A stretch of 64,000 nucleotides of DNA, from contig CAUQAL010000001.1 of the NCBI GenBank assembly GCA_963515985.1, positions 2,357 through 66,356 of the forward strand, read 5' to 3'. The position numbers and the translations under genes are program-made. Below the pieces are notes generated by a model. That model had not been told where the DNA came from, ran no database searches, and worked only from the letters and a program-made list of their open reading frames with translations. Positions 20,645 through 32,566 of the stretch are shown piece after piece. Within the stretch, counting starts at the first letter, position 1; every line of letters starts with the position of its first letter. The stretch comes from an uncultured Granulicatella sp. Its GTDB lineage: Bacteria > Bacillota > Bacilli > Lactobacillales > Aerococcaceae.

Positions 20645-21235
20645 TTAATTCCAAATATCTTCACTATTTTCATTTAATACCGATACAATTTCTCCTTTAT
20701 GGAAAATCACAATTGTATCTGTTGGTAAATGCATTATTTCATAAAAGTTAGGATAATCCGGGAAAATTTCATAAGCTTTTGCCCCTGATAATGGTTGAGA
20801 TTCAATTTCTTGATCCACAGGTGCTACATACCATGTTTCATCATCAAAACGATGCGCATAAAAATCTTCCACTTCAAATGTATGATTTGCAATAATAACA
20901 GGACTATCAAAACGGAATGGAACTAACTTCCCTAATGTTTTCGTACGTTTCCCTGCTTTAAATGTTTTTTGAACAATCTCTAAGAAATAACTACAATCTG
21001 TAATCCATTCCTCTAATTGTTTTTGTTCATAATTTGGAACGCAAACATGATACTCATTTTCAATGGATACAACTTTAATATTTCCATAATGAATTGGAAT
21101 CAATTGATTTAATTCTTCTAAATTTTCTTCAAAATAATCTTCTACAATCGTTAATAAGTCTTCTGCTTCTTTTTGGTAAGCCTCTTTTGCTTCTACAATA
21201 AATAAACGTTCTTGAATTGTTCTTGTAAATTTCAT
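20645..21235 (-). CDS. Hypothetical acidic protein, Imm33/DUF2185-like immunity domain suspected
   Basis: YAHR...WY...AYEI..YP....MHLP..TIVIF...I..VLN....IW pattern; AGGAG RBS. Confidence 0.5.
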   Translation of the reverse strand: MKFTRTIQERLFIVEAKEAYQKEAEDLLTIVEDYFEENLEELNQLIPIHYGNIKVVSIENEYHVCVPNYEQKQLEEWITDCSYFLEIVQKTFKAGKRTKTLGKLVPFRFDSPVIIANHTFEVEDFYAHRFDDETWYVAPVDQEIESQPLSGAKAYEIFPDYPNFYEIMHLPTDTIVIFHKGEIVSVLNENSEDIWN

Positions 21236-21342
21236 TTCATCACTCCTTGTTTTCTAGTATACAGTATTTGAAACATTTTTTCTTGTATCTTCCCCTCATA
21301 CTAATAAATTTGTTATACTAGAGTCAACTAAGGGGGCTTAAT

Positions 21343-22620
21343 ATGAACGACCAATTATTTTATAAATTTTATCAAAAAACACCGCTAGAAAGAAAAAATA
21401 TTTTAACAAACTTATCTCATTTATCAGATGAAAAGAAATCAAACTTATTAAAAGGATTTAACTTGCCAGAATCAGTAGCTAATCAAATGATTGAAAATCA
21501 AATCGGACTATATGACTTACCACTTGGAATTGTTCCTGAAGTTACCGTAAATGGTATAACTTATACTGTTCCAATGGTGACAGAAGAACCTTCCGTCATT
21601 GCTGCAGCAAGTAATGGTTGTAAAATCATCCATCGTTCTGGTGGATTTACTACTTCTCAAGAAAAGAGAGAAATGATTGGTGAAATTGCGATCTATGATT
21701 CCCCATACTCTATAGAAGAAATAGAGAAAAAACTTTCAAAGGGAATCGAACATTTATTTACAATTGCTCATGAAGCTCACCCTTCTATTGTCAAACGTGG
21801 TGGTGGAATCCAATCGATTTGGGTAGAAGAAAAACAACATCCAAATCATACATTTTACGTATTTTATATTTCTGTAGATACAAAGGAAGCAATGGGGGCA
21901 AATATTTTAAATACGATTTTAGAAGCCTTAGTTTCTCCAATCGAAATTCTTACGAATGGAACTTGTATTATGGCAATTTTATCGAATTTAGCAACTCATT
22001 CCGTTGTCACGACTACTTGTCGTATTCCTTTTGAAAATTTAGAAACAAAGACAATCTCTGGTAAAGAAATTGCCCGTAGAATTGAAATAGCTAGCGAACT
22101 ATCCCAAGTAGATGCTTATCGAGCTGCTACTCATAATAAAGGTATTATGAATGGAATTGATGCAGTTGTTATTGCAACTGGAAATGATTGGCGAGCCATT
22201 GAAGCTGGGGCACATTCTTATGCAACTCTTAACAGAACTTATCAACCTTTAAGTAAATGGTTCATCCATGATGATAAGGAATTACTCGGAACATTAAGTA
22301 TTCCAATGCCAATTGGAACAGTTGGTGGTTCCATTTCGATTCATCCAGCTGCTCAATTTTCTCATGAATTATTAATGAATCCATCCTCTAAAGAATTAGC
22401 AGCAATTATTGCTTCTATAGGTTTAGCACAAAATTTTGCTGCATTAAAAGCATTAGTAACCGATGGCATTCAAAAAGGACATATGAATTTACAAGTAAAA
22501 TCTCTAGCTTTAACAGCTGGAGCAACAGAAGAAGAAATTCCACAAATTATCCAATTACTGAAAGAGCAAAAACATTTTAATCTAGAAACAGTACAAAAAA
22601 TATTAGAAAGCATTAGATAA
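21343..22620 (+). CDS. mvaA: HMG-CoA reductase, class II
   Basis: IENQIG, TEEPSVIAAAS, DTKEAMGAN, THNKG, GIQKGHM. Confidence 0.94.
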   Translation: MNDQLFYKFYQKTPLERKNILTNLSHLSDEKKSNLLKGFNLPESVANQMIENQIGLYDLPLGIVPEVTVNGITYTVPMVTEEPSVIAAASNGCKIIHRSGGFTTSQEKREMIGEIAIYDSPYSIEEIEKKLSKGIEHLFTIAHEAHPSIVKRGGGIQSIWVEEKQHPNHTFYVFYISVDTKEAMGANILNTILEALVSPIEILTNGTCIMAILSNLATHSVVTTTCRIPFENLETKTISGKEIARRIEIASELSQVDAYRAATHNKGIMNGIDAVVIATGNDWRAIEAGAHSYATLNRTYQPLSKWFIHDDKELLGTLSIPMPIGTVGGSISIHPAAQFSHELLMNPSSKELAAIIASIGLAQNFAALKALVTDGIQKGHMNLQVKSLALTAGATEEEIPQIIQLLKEQKHFNLETVQKILESIR

Positions 22621-22626
22621 GCATAA

Positions 22627-22663
22627 AAGCCATGATATTCGCAAATCCGAATATCATGGCTTT
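22627..22663. terminator. Bidirectional terminator between mvaA and apt
   Basis: AAAGCCATGATATTCG-caaatc-CGAATATCATGGCTTT. Confidence 0.8.
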
Positions 22664-22691
22664 CGTTACTACTTCAGAAAAATCTATTTCT

Positions 22692-23219
22692 TTATCTTTC
22701 GTCTTCTGTGTATTCCATCAATGTAAAGATGTCATATCCTTCGATTTTTTCACGGCCTTTTAAGTCTGTTAATTCCACTAAAAATGCTAAACCAACGACT
22801 TCTCCGCCTAATTTTTCAACTAATTTTGCACAAGCATCCATAGTTCCACCTGTCGCTAATAAGTCATCACAAATTAATACTTTTTGTCCTGGTTTTACAG
22901 CATCTTTATGTAAATGTAATTCAGCAGTACCATATTCTAAATCATATTCTACAGAAACTGTTTCACGAGGTAATTTTCCTTTTTTACGAGCAGGTGCAAA
23001 ACCAATTCCTAATTCATAGGCAACAGGACATCCAACGATAAATCCACGAGCTTCCGGACCAACAATCATGTCAGCTCCTCTACTTTTTGCATAATCTACA
23101 ATTTGTTGTGTCGCATATTGGTATGCCTTCCCATCTGCCATTAAAGGAGAGATATCTCTAAAAATAATTCCTTCTTTAGGATAGTTTGGTACACTTGCAA
23201 TGTAATTTTTTAAATTCAT
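22692..23219 (-). CDS. apt: Adenine phosphoribosyltransferase
   Basis: [27 protein letters not shown]. Confidence 0.97.
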   Translation of the reverse strand: MNLKNYIASVPNYPKEGIIFRDISPLMADGKAYQYATQQIVDYAKSRGADMIVGPEARGFIVGCPVAYELGIGFAPARKKGKLPRETVSVEYDLEYGTAELHLHKDAVKPGQKVLICDDLLATGGTMDACAKLVEKLGGEVVGLAFLVELTDLKGREKIEGYDIFTLMEYTEDER

Positions 23220-23221
23220 TT

Positions 23222-25537
23222 TTATTCCTCCATATTTGTCAGCCAATTTGTTAATTCGGAAAATTGACTATAGATAAATACTCTTTCGAGCCAAAGTTCT
23301 TCTTGCAATTGTTTCATTAAAGTTGACTGCATTAAATCCATAGATGTGGAATCTGGATTTAATTTTAAACAGCCGTCTTCTATTATAACAAATTTCAATT
23401 CAAAAAACACTTTTAAAATCACTTTAAATTGCTCTAAAGGAATTTTTAAATAAGTAGCTAATTCTCCAGTTTTTTCATTATAGGGAACTGTGGGATGTGT
23501 TTTTAAATATTGGTAAACAGCCACAAATCGTTCCCTTGTTGGGATTCCCATTGTCATAATAGATTTAGGTGTATACGCAATAATATACATTTTTTGCGTA
23601 TACGAATGTTTACGAAATTCTTGAATGACTTCTTTAGATTGCGGACAATCAAAGAATACAAGCGAATCAAAATCTGCTTGTTTTACTTCTTGTATCCATT
23701 CTTCCATCGAAAAGACGTTAGAAGTTGTATCAATTCTTTCACTCACTAATGGTTTTAGGGCATCTCTTTCAACTAAATAAGCTGCTTTCTTCAATGATAA
23801 ATGTTCTGGGCGAATTTTATTTGTACGCCAATCAAAAATTAATGCATCTTTAACAGCGATATCTTTTAACATTAATTGAGGCAAGCGATTTTGTTGCCAT
23901 TCATTGATTTCTAAAGTTCCAATGACTTCAACCTCTGCTTGAAGATTTAAGCTATCCGCCCATTCTCCTTTATTAAAGATTAACGCTTGTAACTGTTGCT
24001 GTTCAGAATTCAACGTTAATTTTAAATGTTGTTGCTGAGCTCCAATCTTTTGTTTTTGACCTACTGTTACGGAACTAATTTTAAAAATCGGTTCAGTATT
24101 ATTCGTTCCATAAGGTTTTAATGCTTGAAGAGAATTAATAAACTCAACATTTACTTGAGAAAGTGATAATGCTTCTTCAATATTAATCACTTTTTCTTCT
24201 TCAAATAATTCAGGATGTTGTTTCGCATAAGTCTCGATAGCTTCCATAAATCCTGGTAGCATTACTGTTTCGATACTGAGTCCAGCAGCCATATGATGTC
24301 CACCAAATTTAGCCAAAGTGTCTTGACAAGCAGATAGTGCATCATAGAGATTAAACTGTGCGCAAGATCTTGCAGAACCTTTTGCCATTAATCCATCTGT
24401 TTGAATTCCTAAAACAATCGTCGGCTTTTGTAAATGTTCGACGATTCGACTCGCAACAATTCCTAATACACCTTCATGCCAATTAGATTGAGCTAATACT
24501 AACACTTTTTGATCTATTTGAGCTTTAGCTAATTCCAATGCTTCAGCTGTAATATCATCTACAATTTGTTTTCTCTTAGCATTTTCTTGTTGCATTAAAG
24601 TCACAACTTCTTGGGCGACTTCATCATCAAAAGTCGTAAATAAAGCAACCCCTGGAGTCGCATCTCCAAGTCTTCCAAGAGCATTCAAACAAGGAGCTAC
24701 TTGAAATCCTATTGTTTTTTCATCTATTGAACCAGGAGTTAATTGTAATTCTTGAAATAAATAACTTAATCCAATTCTCTCTGTTTGATTTAATTGTTGC
24801 AAGCCTAATTTTACTAAACTACGATTTTCATCTGTTAAGCTAACTAAGTCCGCAATTGTTCCAATACAGGCAATTTCAGCTAATTCAACAGGAAGTTCTC
24901 CTAATAAGGCATGTGCTAATTTAAAAGCAACTCCTGCTCCAGATAAATCTCCAAAGGGATACTCACCATCAGGATGACGAGGATGAATGACTGCATAAGC
25001 TTTAGGGAGAACAGGAGGAATTTCATGGTGATCTGTTACAATAACATCACATTGTTGACTCATTGCCCATTCAACACTTTCATGAGCTGCAATTCCACAG
25101 TCAACCGTTATAATTAAAGATACTCCTTTTTCAAGATACTCTTCAAAAACACGAATATTTGGACCATATCCATCTATAAAACGATTCGGTAAATAATATT
25201 CTACTTGTGCTCCCATCATTTCTAATGTTTCGTATAATACCGCTGTACTAGTAATACCATCAGCATCATAGTCCCCGAATATTAAAATACTTTCACCCGT
25301 TTCAATCGCTTGTTGAATCCGTTGAATCGCTTTTTCCATATCATACATTAAATATGGATCATGCCATAATGTCGGTGAAGATGATAGAAATTCTTGAATT
25401 TGTTCCTCAGTTTGATATCCTCTTCTCCTACAAATTTGAATCAATAAAGGAGAAAGTCCTAATGCTTTCGCAATTTCTTTTGAACTTTCCTCTATTTCTT
25501 TATTGACCAAATCCCATTTAGCATTTGCAAAAGACAT
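23222..25537 (-). CDS. recJ: ssDNA exonuclease RecJ
   Basis: GDYDADG, TVDCG, TDHH, GTIAD, FGGH. Confidence 0.97.
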   Translation of the reverse strand: MSFANAKWDLVNKEIEESSKEIAKALGLSPLLIQICRRRGYQTEEQIQEFLSSSPTLWHDPYLMYDMEKAIQRIQQAIETGESILIFGDYDADGITSTAVLYETLEMMGAQVEYYLPNRFIDGYGPNIRVFEEYLEKGVSLIITVDCGIAAHESVEWAMSQQCDVIVTDHHEIPPVLPKAYAVIHPRHPDGEYPFGDLSGAGVAFKLAHALLGELPVELAEIACIGTIADLVSLTDENRSLVKLGLQQLNQTERIGLSYLFQELQLTPGSIDEKTIGFQVAPCLNALGRLGDATPGVALFTTFDDEVAQEVVTLMQQENAKRKQIVDDITAEALELAKAQIDQKVLVLAQSNWHEGVLGIVASRIVEHLQKPTIVLGIQTDGLMAKGSARSCAQFNLYDALSACQDTLAKFGGHHMAAGLSIETVMLPGFMEAIETYAKQHPELFEEEKVINIEEALSLSQVNVEFINSLQALKPYGTNNTEPIFKISSVTVGQKQKIGAQQQHLKLTLNSEQQQLQALIFNKGEWADSLNLQAEVEVIGTLEINEWQQNRLPQLMLKDIAVKDALIFDWRTNKIRPEHLSLKKAAYLVERDALKPLVSERIDTTSNVFSMEEWIQEVKQADFDSLVFFDCPQSKEVIQEFRKHSYTQKMYIIAYTPKSIMTMGIPTRERFVAVYQYLKTHPTVPYNEKTGELATYLKIPLEQFKVILKVFFELKFVIIEDGCLKLNPDSTSMDLMQSTLMKQLQEELWLERVFIYSQFSELTNWLTNMEE

Positions 25538-25554
25538 CCTATCACCTCCAGAAC

Positions 25555-26355
25555 TTATTTCTTATTAAATAATTTTAAAATACTAAAGTCTCCAATTTTT
25601 GGAAAACAAAAGTTTAATTTTGCTGCAAGATTCATACTATACGGTACATTCACTTCTCTTTTTTGAAGTTCCATTCCTCGAACAATTTCTCTTGCGACTT
25701 CCTCACTTGTTAAAACATATTGAGAGACACTTGCTAAATATTTTCCTGTTGGTTCTGCTTTTTCAAAAAATTGAGTCGCAATTGGTCCAGGATTGACCGT
25801 CATTACATGAATGCCTTGTTCTTTTAATTCTAAACGCAAAGCATTGGAATAACCTAACACTCCAAATTTTGAAGCTGAATAAACCGAAGTTTTAGGAGTT
25901 GCTGTTTTCCCTGCTTGAGAAGCAATTTGTACAAACATTCCTGATTTTTTCTTAATAAATTTTGAAAGATAATGTTGCGTCGTTTGAATTAAAGTGTATA
26001 AATTCAATTGTAACATCTCTTCAATTTCTTCTTTTGATAGATCAACGGCTTGTTTTAAATAGCCTCTTCCTGCATTATTAATGACTACGTCTACATCAAT
26101 AGATTGTATTTTTTCTAATAACAATTCTACTTCAGTTGCTTTTGATAAATCACAGGCATAGTAATAAACTGGTTGATTCGTCCATTGTTGGCATGTATTG
26201 GCTACTTGTTTTAAGACTTCTTCACGTCTTGCCACTAATATTAAACCGGCTTGTTGTTTGGCACATTCATAAGCTAATTGTTCGCCTAAGCCTCCACTAG
26301 CTCCTGTAATCAATACCATTTTCCCATTTATTGAAAACTGTTCACGTTTTACCAT
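25555..26355 (-). CDS. Short-chain dehydrogenase/reductase (YqjQ-like)
   Basis: TGASGGLG, NNAG, YSASK; usual rnz-SDR-recJ-apt context. Confidence 0.92.
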   Translation of the reverse strand: MVKREQFSINGKMVLITGASGGLGEQLAYECAKQQAGLILVARREEVLKQVANTCQQWTNQPVYYYACDLSKATEVELLLEKIQSIDVDVVINNAGRGYLKQAVDLSKEEIEEMLQLNLYTLIQTTQHYLSKFIKKKSGMFVQIASQAGKTATPKTSVYSASKFGVLGYSNALRLELKEQGIHVMTVNPGPIATQFFEKAEPTGKYLASVSQYVLTSEEVAREIVRGMELQKREVNVPYSMNLAAKLNFCFPKIGDFSILKLFNKK

Positions 26356-26356
26356 A

Positions 26357-27283
26357 TTAATTTCTTCCAATCGTAAATGTATCAAAATCTTTAACTACTT
26401 TTGTTTGCGGGAATACTTTACGAGCTTCTTGTTCTAATTGACTCACTTGGTGACCTAAATAACGGGCACTAATATGAGTTAAATATAATTGTTGAACATT
26501 CGCTTCTAAAGCAATCGTTGCCGCTTGTTTACTCGTTGAATGGAAATGTTGACGAGCAGTTTTTTCTTTATCTGCTTCATAGGTTGCTTCATGGACAAGA
26601 ACATTCGCATTTTGCGCTAAAGTAATACTTTTAGGAGTGAATCTTGTATCTCCACAAATGACAACAACACGTCCCTTAATATCCTCGCTGACATAGTCTT
26701 TTCCATCAATGACACGACCATCTTCTAATGTGACAACTTCCCCACGTTTCAATCGACCAAAAACTGGACCAAACGGCACTCCTAGCGCTTTTAATTCATC
26801 AGCTTTTAATTCACCAATTTGGTCAGATTCTGTGATTCTAAATCCATAAGAAGGAATACCATGTTCTAACTTCATCGCTTCTACTTTAAATTGTTGATCC
26901 GAAAATAATAATCCATCCTCTTCAAATTCAATAACTTTCAATGGATAGCTAAGTTTAGAATATGAAACTGAAATACTTGCATCAATAAAACGTTTAATGC
27001 CTTTTGGTCCATAAACGGTTAATTCATCTTCTCCACCTTGGAATGAGCGACTCGTTAATAAACCTGGTAAGCCAAAAATATGATCTCCATGAAGATGCGT
27101 AATAAATATTTTTTTTATTTTTCCTGGTCGAATAGTTGTGTTTAAAATTTGTTGTTGCGTTGCTTCTCCACAATCAAATAACCAGATTTCATTTCTTTCA
27201 TCTAATAGTTTCAAAGCGATTGACGAAACATTTCTCATTTTGGCTGGAACTCCAGCACCTGTACCTAAAAATTGTAATTCCAT
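26357..27283 (-). CDS. rnz: Ribonuclease Z
   Basis: FLGTGAG, DCGE, THLHGDH, HEAT, THISARY. Confidence 0.97.
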   Translation of the reverse strand: MELQFLGTGAGVPAKMRNVSSIALKLLDERNEIWLFDCGEATQQQILNTTIRPGKIKKIFITHLHGDHIFGLPGLLTSRSFQGGEDELTVYGPKGIKRFIDASISVSYSKLSYPLKVIEFEEDGLLFSDQQFKVEAMKLEHGIPSYGFRITESDQIGELKADELKALGVPFGPVFGRLKRGEVVTLEDGRVIDGKDYVSEDIKGRVVVICGDTRFTPKSITLAQNANVLVHEATYEADKEKTARQHFHSTSKQAATIALEANVQQLYLTHISARYLGHQVSQLEQEARKVFPQTKVVKDFDTFTIGRN

Positions 27284-27291
27284 ACTTGCTC

Positions 27292-29112
27292 CTAACTACC
27301 TCTTAATGTTTGATAAATCATTTTAGCAATCCATAATCCTTGTTGATGGGCTCCAGTAGTATTAACAATTGATGCTTTTTCATAGAACCAATCTGGATGT
27401 GTACTTGCTTCAGTTTTCCAATCAATATAATAAACATTTGAATATTTATCGGCTAATTGATTCGCAATTTGATTAATTTCACGTTGCCATGTACGATTAA
27501 TCGTATTTGACACTAAAAATATTTGTTTATCCATTCCAATATTTTTTAAAACAGCATCTAATTGTCCCTTCGTATAAGCTCCGTTACTTCCAACCATTAA
27601 TACAATGATATCTCCCAATTGTTTTTGTTGTTTCAATTGGTCAATCATTCCACCGAGTTCATACACTTGAAGATCTCGATTGGCACTAATCACGGCATTT
27701 GGATATAATGTTGGAATTTCTTGAGCCATCGCTAATAACATCGTATCACCAATAAAAGTAATAGAAGTATTCGAACTAAATACCGTTTCTTCTCGACTCA
27801 GTCCTTGAATATTATTAATTGTTTTAACGATTTTTTTATCTGTATTTCGAGTATTTTTTGATAAAGATTCACTAGCTAATAATACTTCTTGTAAAGCTGA
27901 TTCTTGAGCAGATAATCTTGGACTTGCTTGAATAAATCCAATTACTAAAATCATGACAATCGAAATATAATACACTACTGTTACTGTTCTTCGTGTTGAA
28001 TGACTCCACTGTGATGTTAATCCTTGCATTACTTTAGTGAATTTTCCTCTTTCAAATAATTGATACCAAAGTTCTCCTAAAATAACTAATAACACAATTT
28101 CTACCATTCTATGTAAAACGGGGGTAGAACTTGTATCTCCAATATTAGCTTGGTATAAAACCGATAATGGTAAGTACCATAAATAATAAGAAAGACTTCT
28201 TCTCCCGATAACTGTTAAAGGTTTTAAACGGAAAATAATTGATGTAACTGATTTAGGATGCAATGAAATCATGATTAAAGCTGCTACAACCATATCGAAA
28301 ATAAACATTCCACCTCTAAAAGCTAGATGACTATGCTCTTTCATTGTAAATAAGCTTAAAACTAATAATACAATGGGGACAAAACGAATCACTGACTCAT
28401 AACGATATTTTTGCTTGTATTCCCCATAAAACTTTTGAATCGGGAATAATAACGCTACAACTGCTCCCGTTAAAACAGAAAAAGCACGTGTATCCGTTCC
28501 AAAGAAAATTCTTAAGAAATGAGCATTTGAAACATCTTTCGTCATCATTAATATAACAGAAGCTACTAAAAGAACAATGATGACCTTTTGTAACACTTGA
28601 TGTTTTTTTATCATCACACTTAAAAATACAAATAAAATTGGCCATAATAGATAATATTGAACTGCTAATGACATATACCATAAATGAGAAAATGGTGATT
28701 GCGTTAATACCGTTATCGCATGATCATTTTCCTGAATAATTTGCCACCAGTTATTCATAAAGAATAAATTGGAAACCATTGTACTTCTTAAATTCACTAA
28801 GAGTTCCCTTTGAAATAACAGTAAATAGAAAATTACTGCTACTATCATCGCAAAAGTTGGGACAATAATTCGTTTTAATCTTTTTATTAAAAATGACTTT
28901 AATGGTACTTTTCCATTTTTCATTAAAGAATCCATTAGACTAGCGGTCATAAAATAGCCTGATAATAGTAAAAATATATTTAAGCCTAGAAATCCACCTG
29001 GAATACGGTAAGCCATCATTTGATGGCCTACGATACTCATAATCGCAATGGCTCTTAAACCATCAAAAGCTGCGATATAATCTCGTTTTTCAATTTCAGT
29101 TCTATCAATCAT
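27292..29112 (-). CDS. OatA-like acyltransferase-3 plus SGNH-fold protein with degenerate catalytic motifs
   Basis: DGLRAIA, GGFLG, RxxR, NNWWQI, FGTDTR and a C-terminal SGNH-like domain, but GDT instead of GDS and no DxxH. Confidence 0.85.
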   Translation of the reverse strand: MIDRTEIEKRDYIAAFDGLRAIAIMSIVGHQMMAYRIPGGFLGLNIFLLLSGYFMTASLMDSLMKNGKVPLKSFLIKRLKRIIVPTFAMIVAVIFYLLLFQRELLVNLRSTMVSNLFFMNNWWQIIQENDHAITVLTQSPFSHLWYMSLAVQYYLLWPILFVFLSVMIKKHQVLQKVIIVLLVASVILMMTKDVSNAHFLRIFFGTDTRAFSVLTGAVVALLFPIQKFYGEYKQKYRYESVIRFVPIVLLVLSLFTMKEHSHLAFRGGMFIFDMVVAALIMISLHPKSVTSIIFRLKPLTVIGRRSLSYYLWYLPLSVLYQANIGDTSSTPVLHRMVEIVLLVILGELWYQLFERGKFTKVMQGLTSQWSHSTRRTVTVVYYISIVMILVIGFIQASPRLSAQESALQEVLLASESLSKNTRNTDKKIVKTINNIQGLSREETVFSSNTSITFIGDTMLLAMAQEIPTLYPNAVISANRDLQVYELGGMIDQLKQQKQLGDIIVLMVGSNGAYTKGQLDAVLKNIGMDKQIFLVSNTINRTWQREINQIANQLADKYSNVYYIDWKTEASTHPDWFYEKASIVNTTGAHQQGLWIAKMIYQTLRGS

Positions 29113-29120
29113 GACATCAC

Positions 29121-30428
29121 CTAATCGACAAATTCAAAGACAAACTTACGAATTCGAACCATGTCTCCATTTTCAGCACCTTGACTACGTAAGGCAGCAT
29201 CGACACCCATTCCACGTAATTGACGGGAAAAACGCATCACAGATTCATCATGTTCCATATTCGTCATTAAGAATAATTTTTCTAATTTATCTCCATATAA
29301 TACCCATGTACCATCAGGATCTCTAGTAATATCAAATGGTCGTTCTTCTTCTAACCCATAAACCATATGCGTTTGAGCTTCTTGTACTTCATCTAATGGG
29401 AAGAATTCTGTTTCTTCTAATATTTCTGCTGTTCTTGCTAGTAGTGCTTGTAAGCCATCTTTACGATAAGCAGAAATCGGGAATATTTCTGGCATTTCTT
29501 GACCATCTGGTAAGTTTTCTTGTAAATCTTTTTTAAATTGTTCTAATAATTCTTCAGACTGTGGTTGATCCATTTTATTTGCCACAATAATCATTGGACG
29601 TTCTAGTAATCTTAAATGATAAGAACCTAGTTCTTGCATAATCACTTGATAATCTTCGTAAGTATTTCTTCCTTCCATTGAAGCCATATCAATAACATGC
29701 AGTAATACTTTTGTACGTTCAATATGTTTTAAGAAATGGATTCCTAAACCAACACCCATATGAGCTCCTTCGATTAATCCAGGAAGATCGGCTACAACAA
29801 ATTGTTCACCGTTTGGAGCTTGTGTCATCCCTAATTGTGGATTTAAAGTTGTAAAATGATAATCCGCAATTTTTGGTTTTGCACTAGAAATCACCGATAA
29901 TAAAGTTGATTTTCCTACAGATGGGAATCCAACTAAACCAACATCTGCTAATACTTTTAATTCTAATTCAATTTCAAATTCTTCTCCTGGTTCTCCATTT
30001 TCAGCAATATCTGGAGCAGGATTTTTATGAGTAGCAAAGCGAATATTTCCACGGCCTCCACGACCACCCTTTGCTACTACTACTTCTTGATCTACTTCTA
30101 CTAGGTCTGCAATCAATTCTTTTGTTTGAGCATTACGAACAATCGTTCCAGCAGGTACTTTAACAATTAAGTCATCTGCTCCACGACCATACATACTTTT
30201 ACTCATCCCATTTTCACCAGGTTTTGCTTTAAAATGACGTTTGTGACGGAAATCTAATAACGTTCTAAGTCCTGAATCGACTTTAAAAATGACACTACCG
30301 CCTCGTCCGCCATCTCCACCAGCAGGACCTCCATCTGGGACGTATTTTTCTCTTCTAAATGCTACCATACCGTTACCACCGTCTCCGGCTTTCACCCATA
30401 TCGTCGCACGATCATAAAAAACTGCCAA
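29121..30428 (-). CDS. obgE: GTPase ObgE/CgtA
   Basis: Gly-rich Obg fold, [20 protein letters not shown] start. Confidence 0.97.
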   Translation of the reverse strand: MAVFYDRATIWVKAGDGGNGMVAFRREKYVPDGGPAGGDGGRGGSVIFKVDSGLRTLLDFRHKRHFKAKPGENGMSKSMYGRGADDLIVKVPAGTIVRNAQTKELIADLVEVDQEVVVAKGGRGGRGNIRFATHKNPAPDIAENGEPGEEFEIELELKVLADVGLVGFPSVGKSTLLSVISSAKPKIADYHFTTLNPQLGMTQAPNGEQFVVADLPGLIEGAHMGVGLGIHFLKHIERTKVLLHVIDMASMEGRNTYEDYQVIMQELGSYHLRLLERPMIIVANKMDQPQSEELLEQFKKDLQENLPDGQEMPEIFPISAYRKDGLQALLARTAEILEETEFFPLDEVQEAQTHMVYGLEEERPFDITRDPDGTWVLYGDKLEKLFLMTNMEHDESVMRFSRQLRGMGVDAALRSQGAENGDMVRIRKFVFEFVD

Positions 30429-30458
30429 TAGGATTCTCTCCTTTCATATTTTTAGTGA

Positions 30459-32534
30459 CTATTTAACAATTAACTCTGTAAAGTCAGCAAACTCTAAAAT
30501 CATTAGTGCTAATTCACGTAAGAAACGTAAACGATTTGTACGAATTTCTTCATTATCGACCATGACCATATTTTCATTAAAGAATTCATGAATTTTTGGA
30601 GTAATCGATGCAAATGCAGCTAATTTTTCTTGAGCTGAATAGTTCTCGAAGTCTTTTCTTAAAGTAGCAATTGATTCTACTAATTGACGTTCACTTTCAG
30701 TTTCAACTTTATCTATTGAGTATTCTGAAGAATGACGAGCTTCTGCAAATCCTTTTGAACTAATATTAATCACTCGGTTTAATGCTTCAGTAATATCTTT
30801 GATTGCCGCATTAGATACTTCTTTTTCTAACACAGCTACAGCTTTCATTTGTTCTGGTACACTCTTAGAGTTAGAATTCAATACAGCTTCAATAATATCA
30901 TGACGCTTTGTTACTGTAGTCATTCTTTGAGCAAGTCTTTCACGAATAAATCCTAAAACGAATGCTTGGACATCTTCTTTTTTATCTTCTAAAAATTCTG
31001 CATAATCTAACCCTAATAATAATTTAGCAAATTCTTCAATTTCTAAATGCCAATCAAATGCTTCGACAATTTGCACTAATCCCATTACTTGACGACGTAA
31101 TGCATAAGGGTCGTTTGAACCTGTTGGTAACATACCTGCTGCTGTAAAGCTTAAGAATGTATCTAATTTATCTGCAATCGCTAATAATGCCCCTGGTACT
31201 GATGAAGGTAATTCACCATCAGCACTAATTGGCATATAATGTTCACGAATTGCTCTAGCTACTTCTGGAGTCTCCCCGTAATTTTTCGCGTAAATTTCAC
31301 CCATAATTCCTTGTAATTCAGGGAATTCACCAACCATATTTGTTACTAGGTCAAATTTGTAAATGGCAGCTGCACGTTGTGCAGTTTGAATATCTTTTGC
31401 ATCCACATTTAATTCACTTGCAATACGGCCTACTAATAATTGGACACGATTCATTTTTTCAGTCATTGAGCCAATTTTAGCATGGAAGTTTAATGTTTCT
31501 AATTTCTTCAAGAATGCTGTCATTGGAACTTTTTTATCTTCTTCATAGAAGAATAAAGCATCTTCTAAACGAGCTGTTAATACTTTTTGATTTCCTTTTG
31601 CCACATTTTCAATCATGTAGTCATTTCCGTTACGAGCAGAAATGAAGTAAGGTTGTAATTCACCTTTAGCATTATACACAACAAAGTAACGTTGGTGTTC
31701 TTTCATAGAAGTGACTAATACTGGTTCTGGAACGACTAAATATTTTTCATCAAAAGTTCCAGCAAATGCTGTTGGATATTCTAAAATTGAACTTACTTCT
31801 TCTAATAATTCTTCATCAATTGGAACTGTCCAAGCATTTTTAGCAGCTAATTCTTCAATTTGTTTACGTACTAATGCTTTTCTTTCATCTTGATTTACAA
31901 TCACAAATTGTGCCGCTAAAGCTTGTTCATATTGTTCTGGGCTTGCAATCTTAGTATCTTTTCCTAAGAAACGGTGTCCTCTTGAAACTCGACCAGCTTT
32001 TACATCTAATACTTGAATTTCTTTAATGACTTCTTCTCCATATAAAGCAACAATCCAGTGAATTGGACGTATATATTCAAAAGTATGAGCAGCCCAACGC
32101 ATTGTAACTGGGAATTTCATATCTGTAATAACAGAAGATAAATTCTTAACAACTTCTTTTGTTGATTTTCCTTTTAATAATTGTTTAACGTGGATATATT
32201 CCACATCTTTAATCGTTTCTACATAAATGTCGTCTGTTGTTAATCCTTTTCCACGAACAAATCCTTCAGCAGCTCTTGTCCATGCCCCATCTTTTTGAGC
32301 AATCGCTAATGATGGACCTTTGAAAATTTCAACACGATCTTCTTGTTCTTCTTCTAATCCATTTACTCGAACAGCTAATCGTCTTGGTGTTGCAAAAGCT
32401 TCTACAGATTCAAATGCTAAGTTTTCTTGTTTGAAAAAGTCTTCTACACGAGTTGCTAATTGTTCTGAACTTGTACGAACATATTGCGCTGGTAATTCTT
32501 CTAAACCAATTTCTAATAATAATGATTTTGTCAT
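30459..32534 (-). CDS. glyS: Glycine--tRNA ligase beta subunit
   Basis: LLEIGLEELP, TPRRLA, EFPELQG, DPYALRR. Confidence 0.97.
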   Translation of the reverse strand: MTKSLLLEIGLEELPAQYVRTSSEQLATRVEDFFKQENLAFESVEAFATPRRLAVRVNGLEEEQEDRVEIFKGPSLAIAQKDGAWTRAAEGFVRGKGLTTDDIYVETIKDVEYIHVKQLLKGKSTKEVVKNLSSVITDMKFPVTMRWAAHTFEYIRPIHWIVALYGEEVIKEIQVLDVKAGRVSRGHRFLGKDTKIASPEQYEQALAAQFVIVNQDERKALVRKQIEELAAKNAWTVPIDEELLEEVSSILEYPTAFAGTFDEKYLVVPEPVLVTSMKEHQRYFVVYNAKGELQPYFISARNGNDYMIENVAKGNQKVLTARLEDALFFYEEDKKVPMTAFLKKLETLNFHAKIGSMTEKMNRVQLLVGRIASELNVDAKDIQTAQRAAAIYKFDLVTNMVGEFPELQGIMGEIYAKNYGETPEVARAIREHYMPISADGELPSSVPGALLAIADKLDTFLSFTAAGMLPTGSNDPYALRRQVMGLVQIVEAFDWHLEIEEFAKLLLGLDYAEFLEDKKEDVQAFVLGFIRERLAQRMTTVTKRHDIIEAVLNSNSKSVPEQMKAVAVLEKEVSNAAIKDITEALNRVINISSKGFAEARHSSEYSIDKVETESERQLVESIATLRKDFENYSAQEKLAAFASITPKIHEFFNENMVMVDNEEIRTNRLRFLRELALMILEFADFTELIVK

Positions 32535-32566
32535 AATTGTCCTCCTAATGTTACTAATCTATCCTA

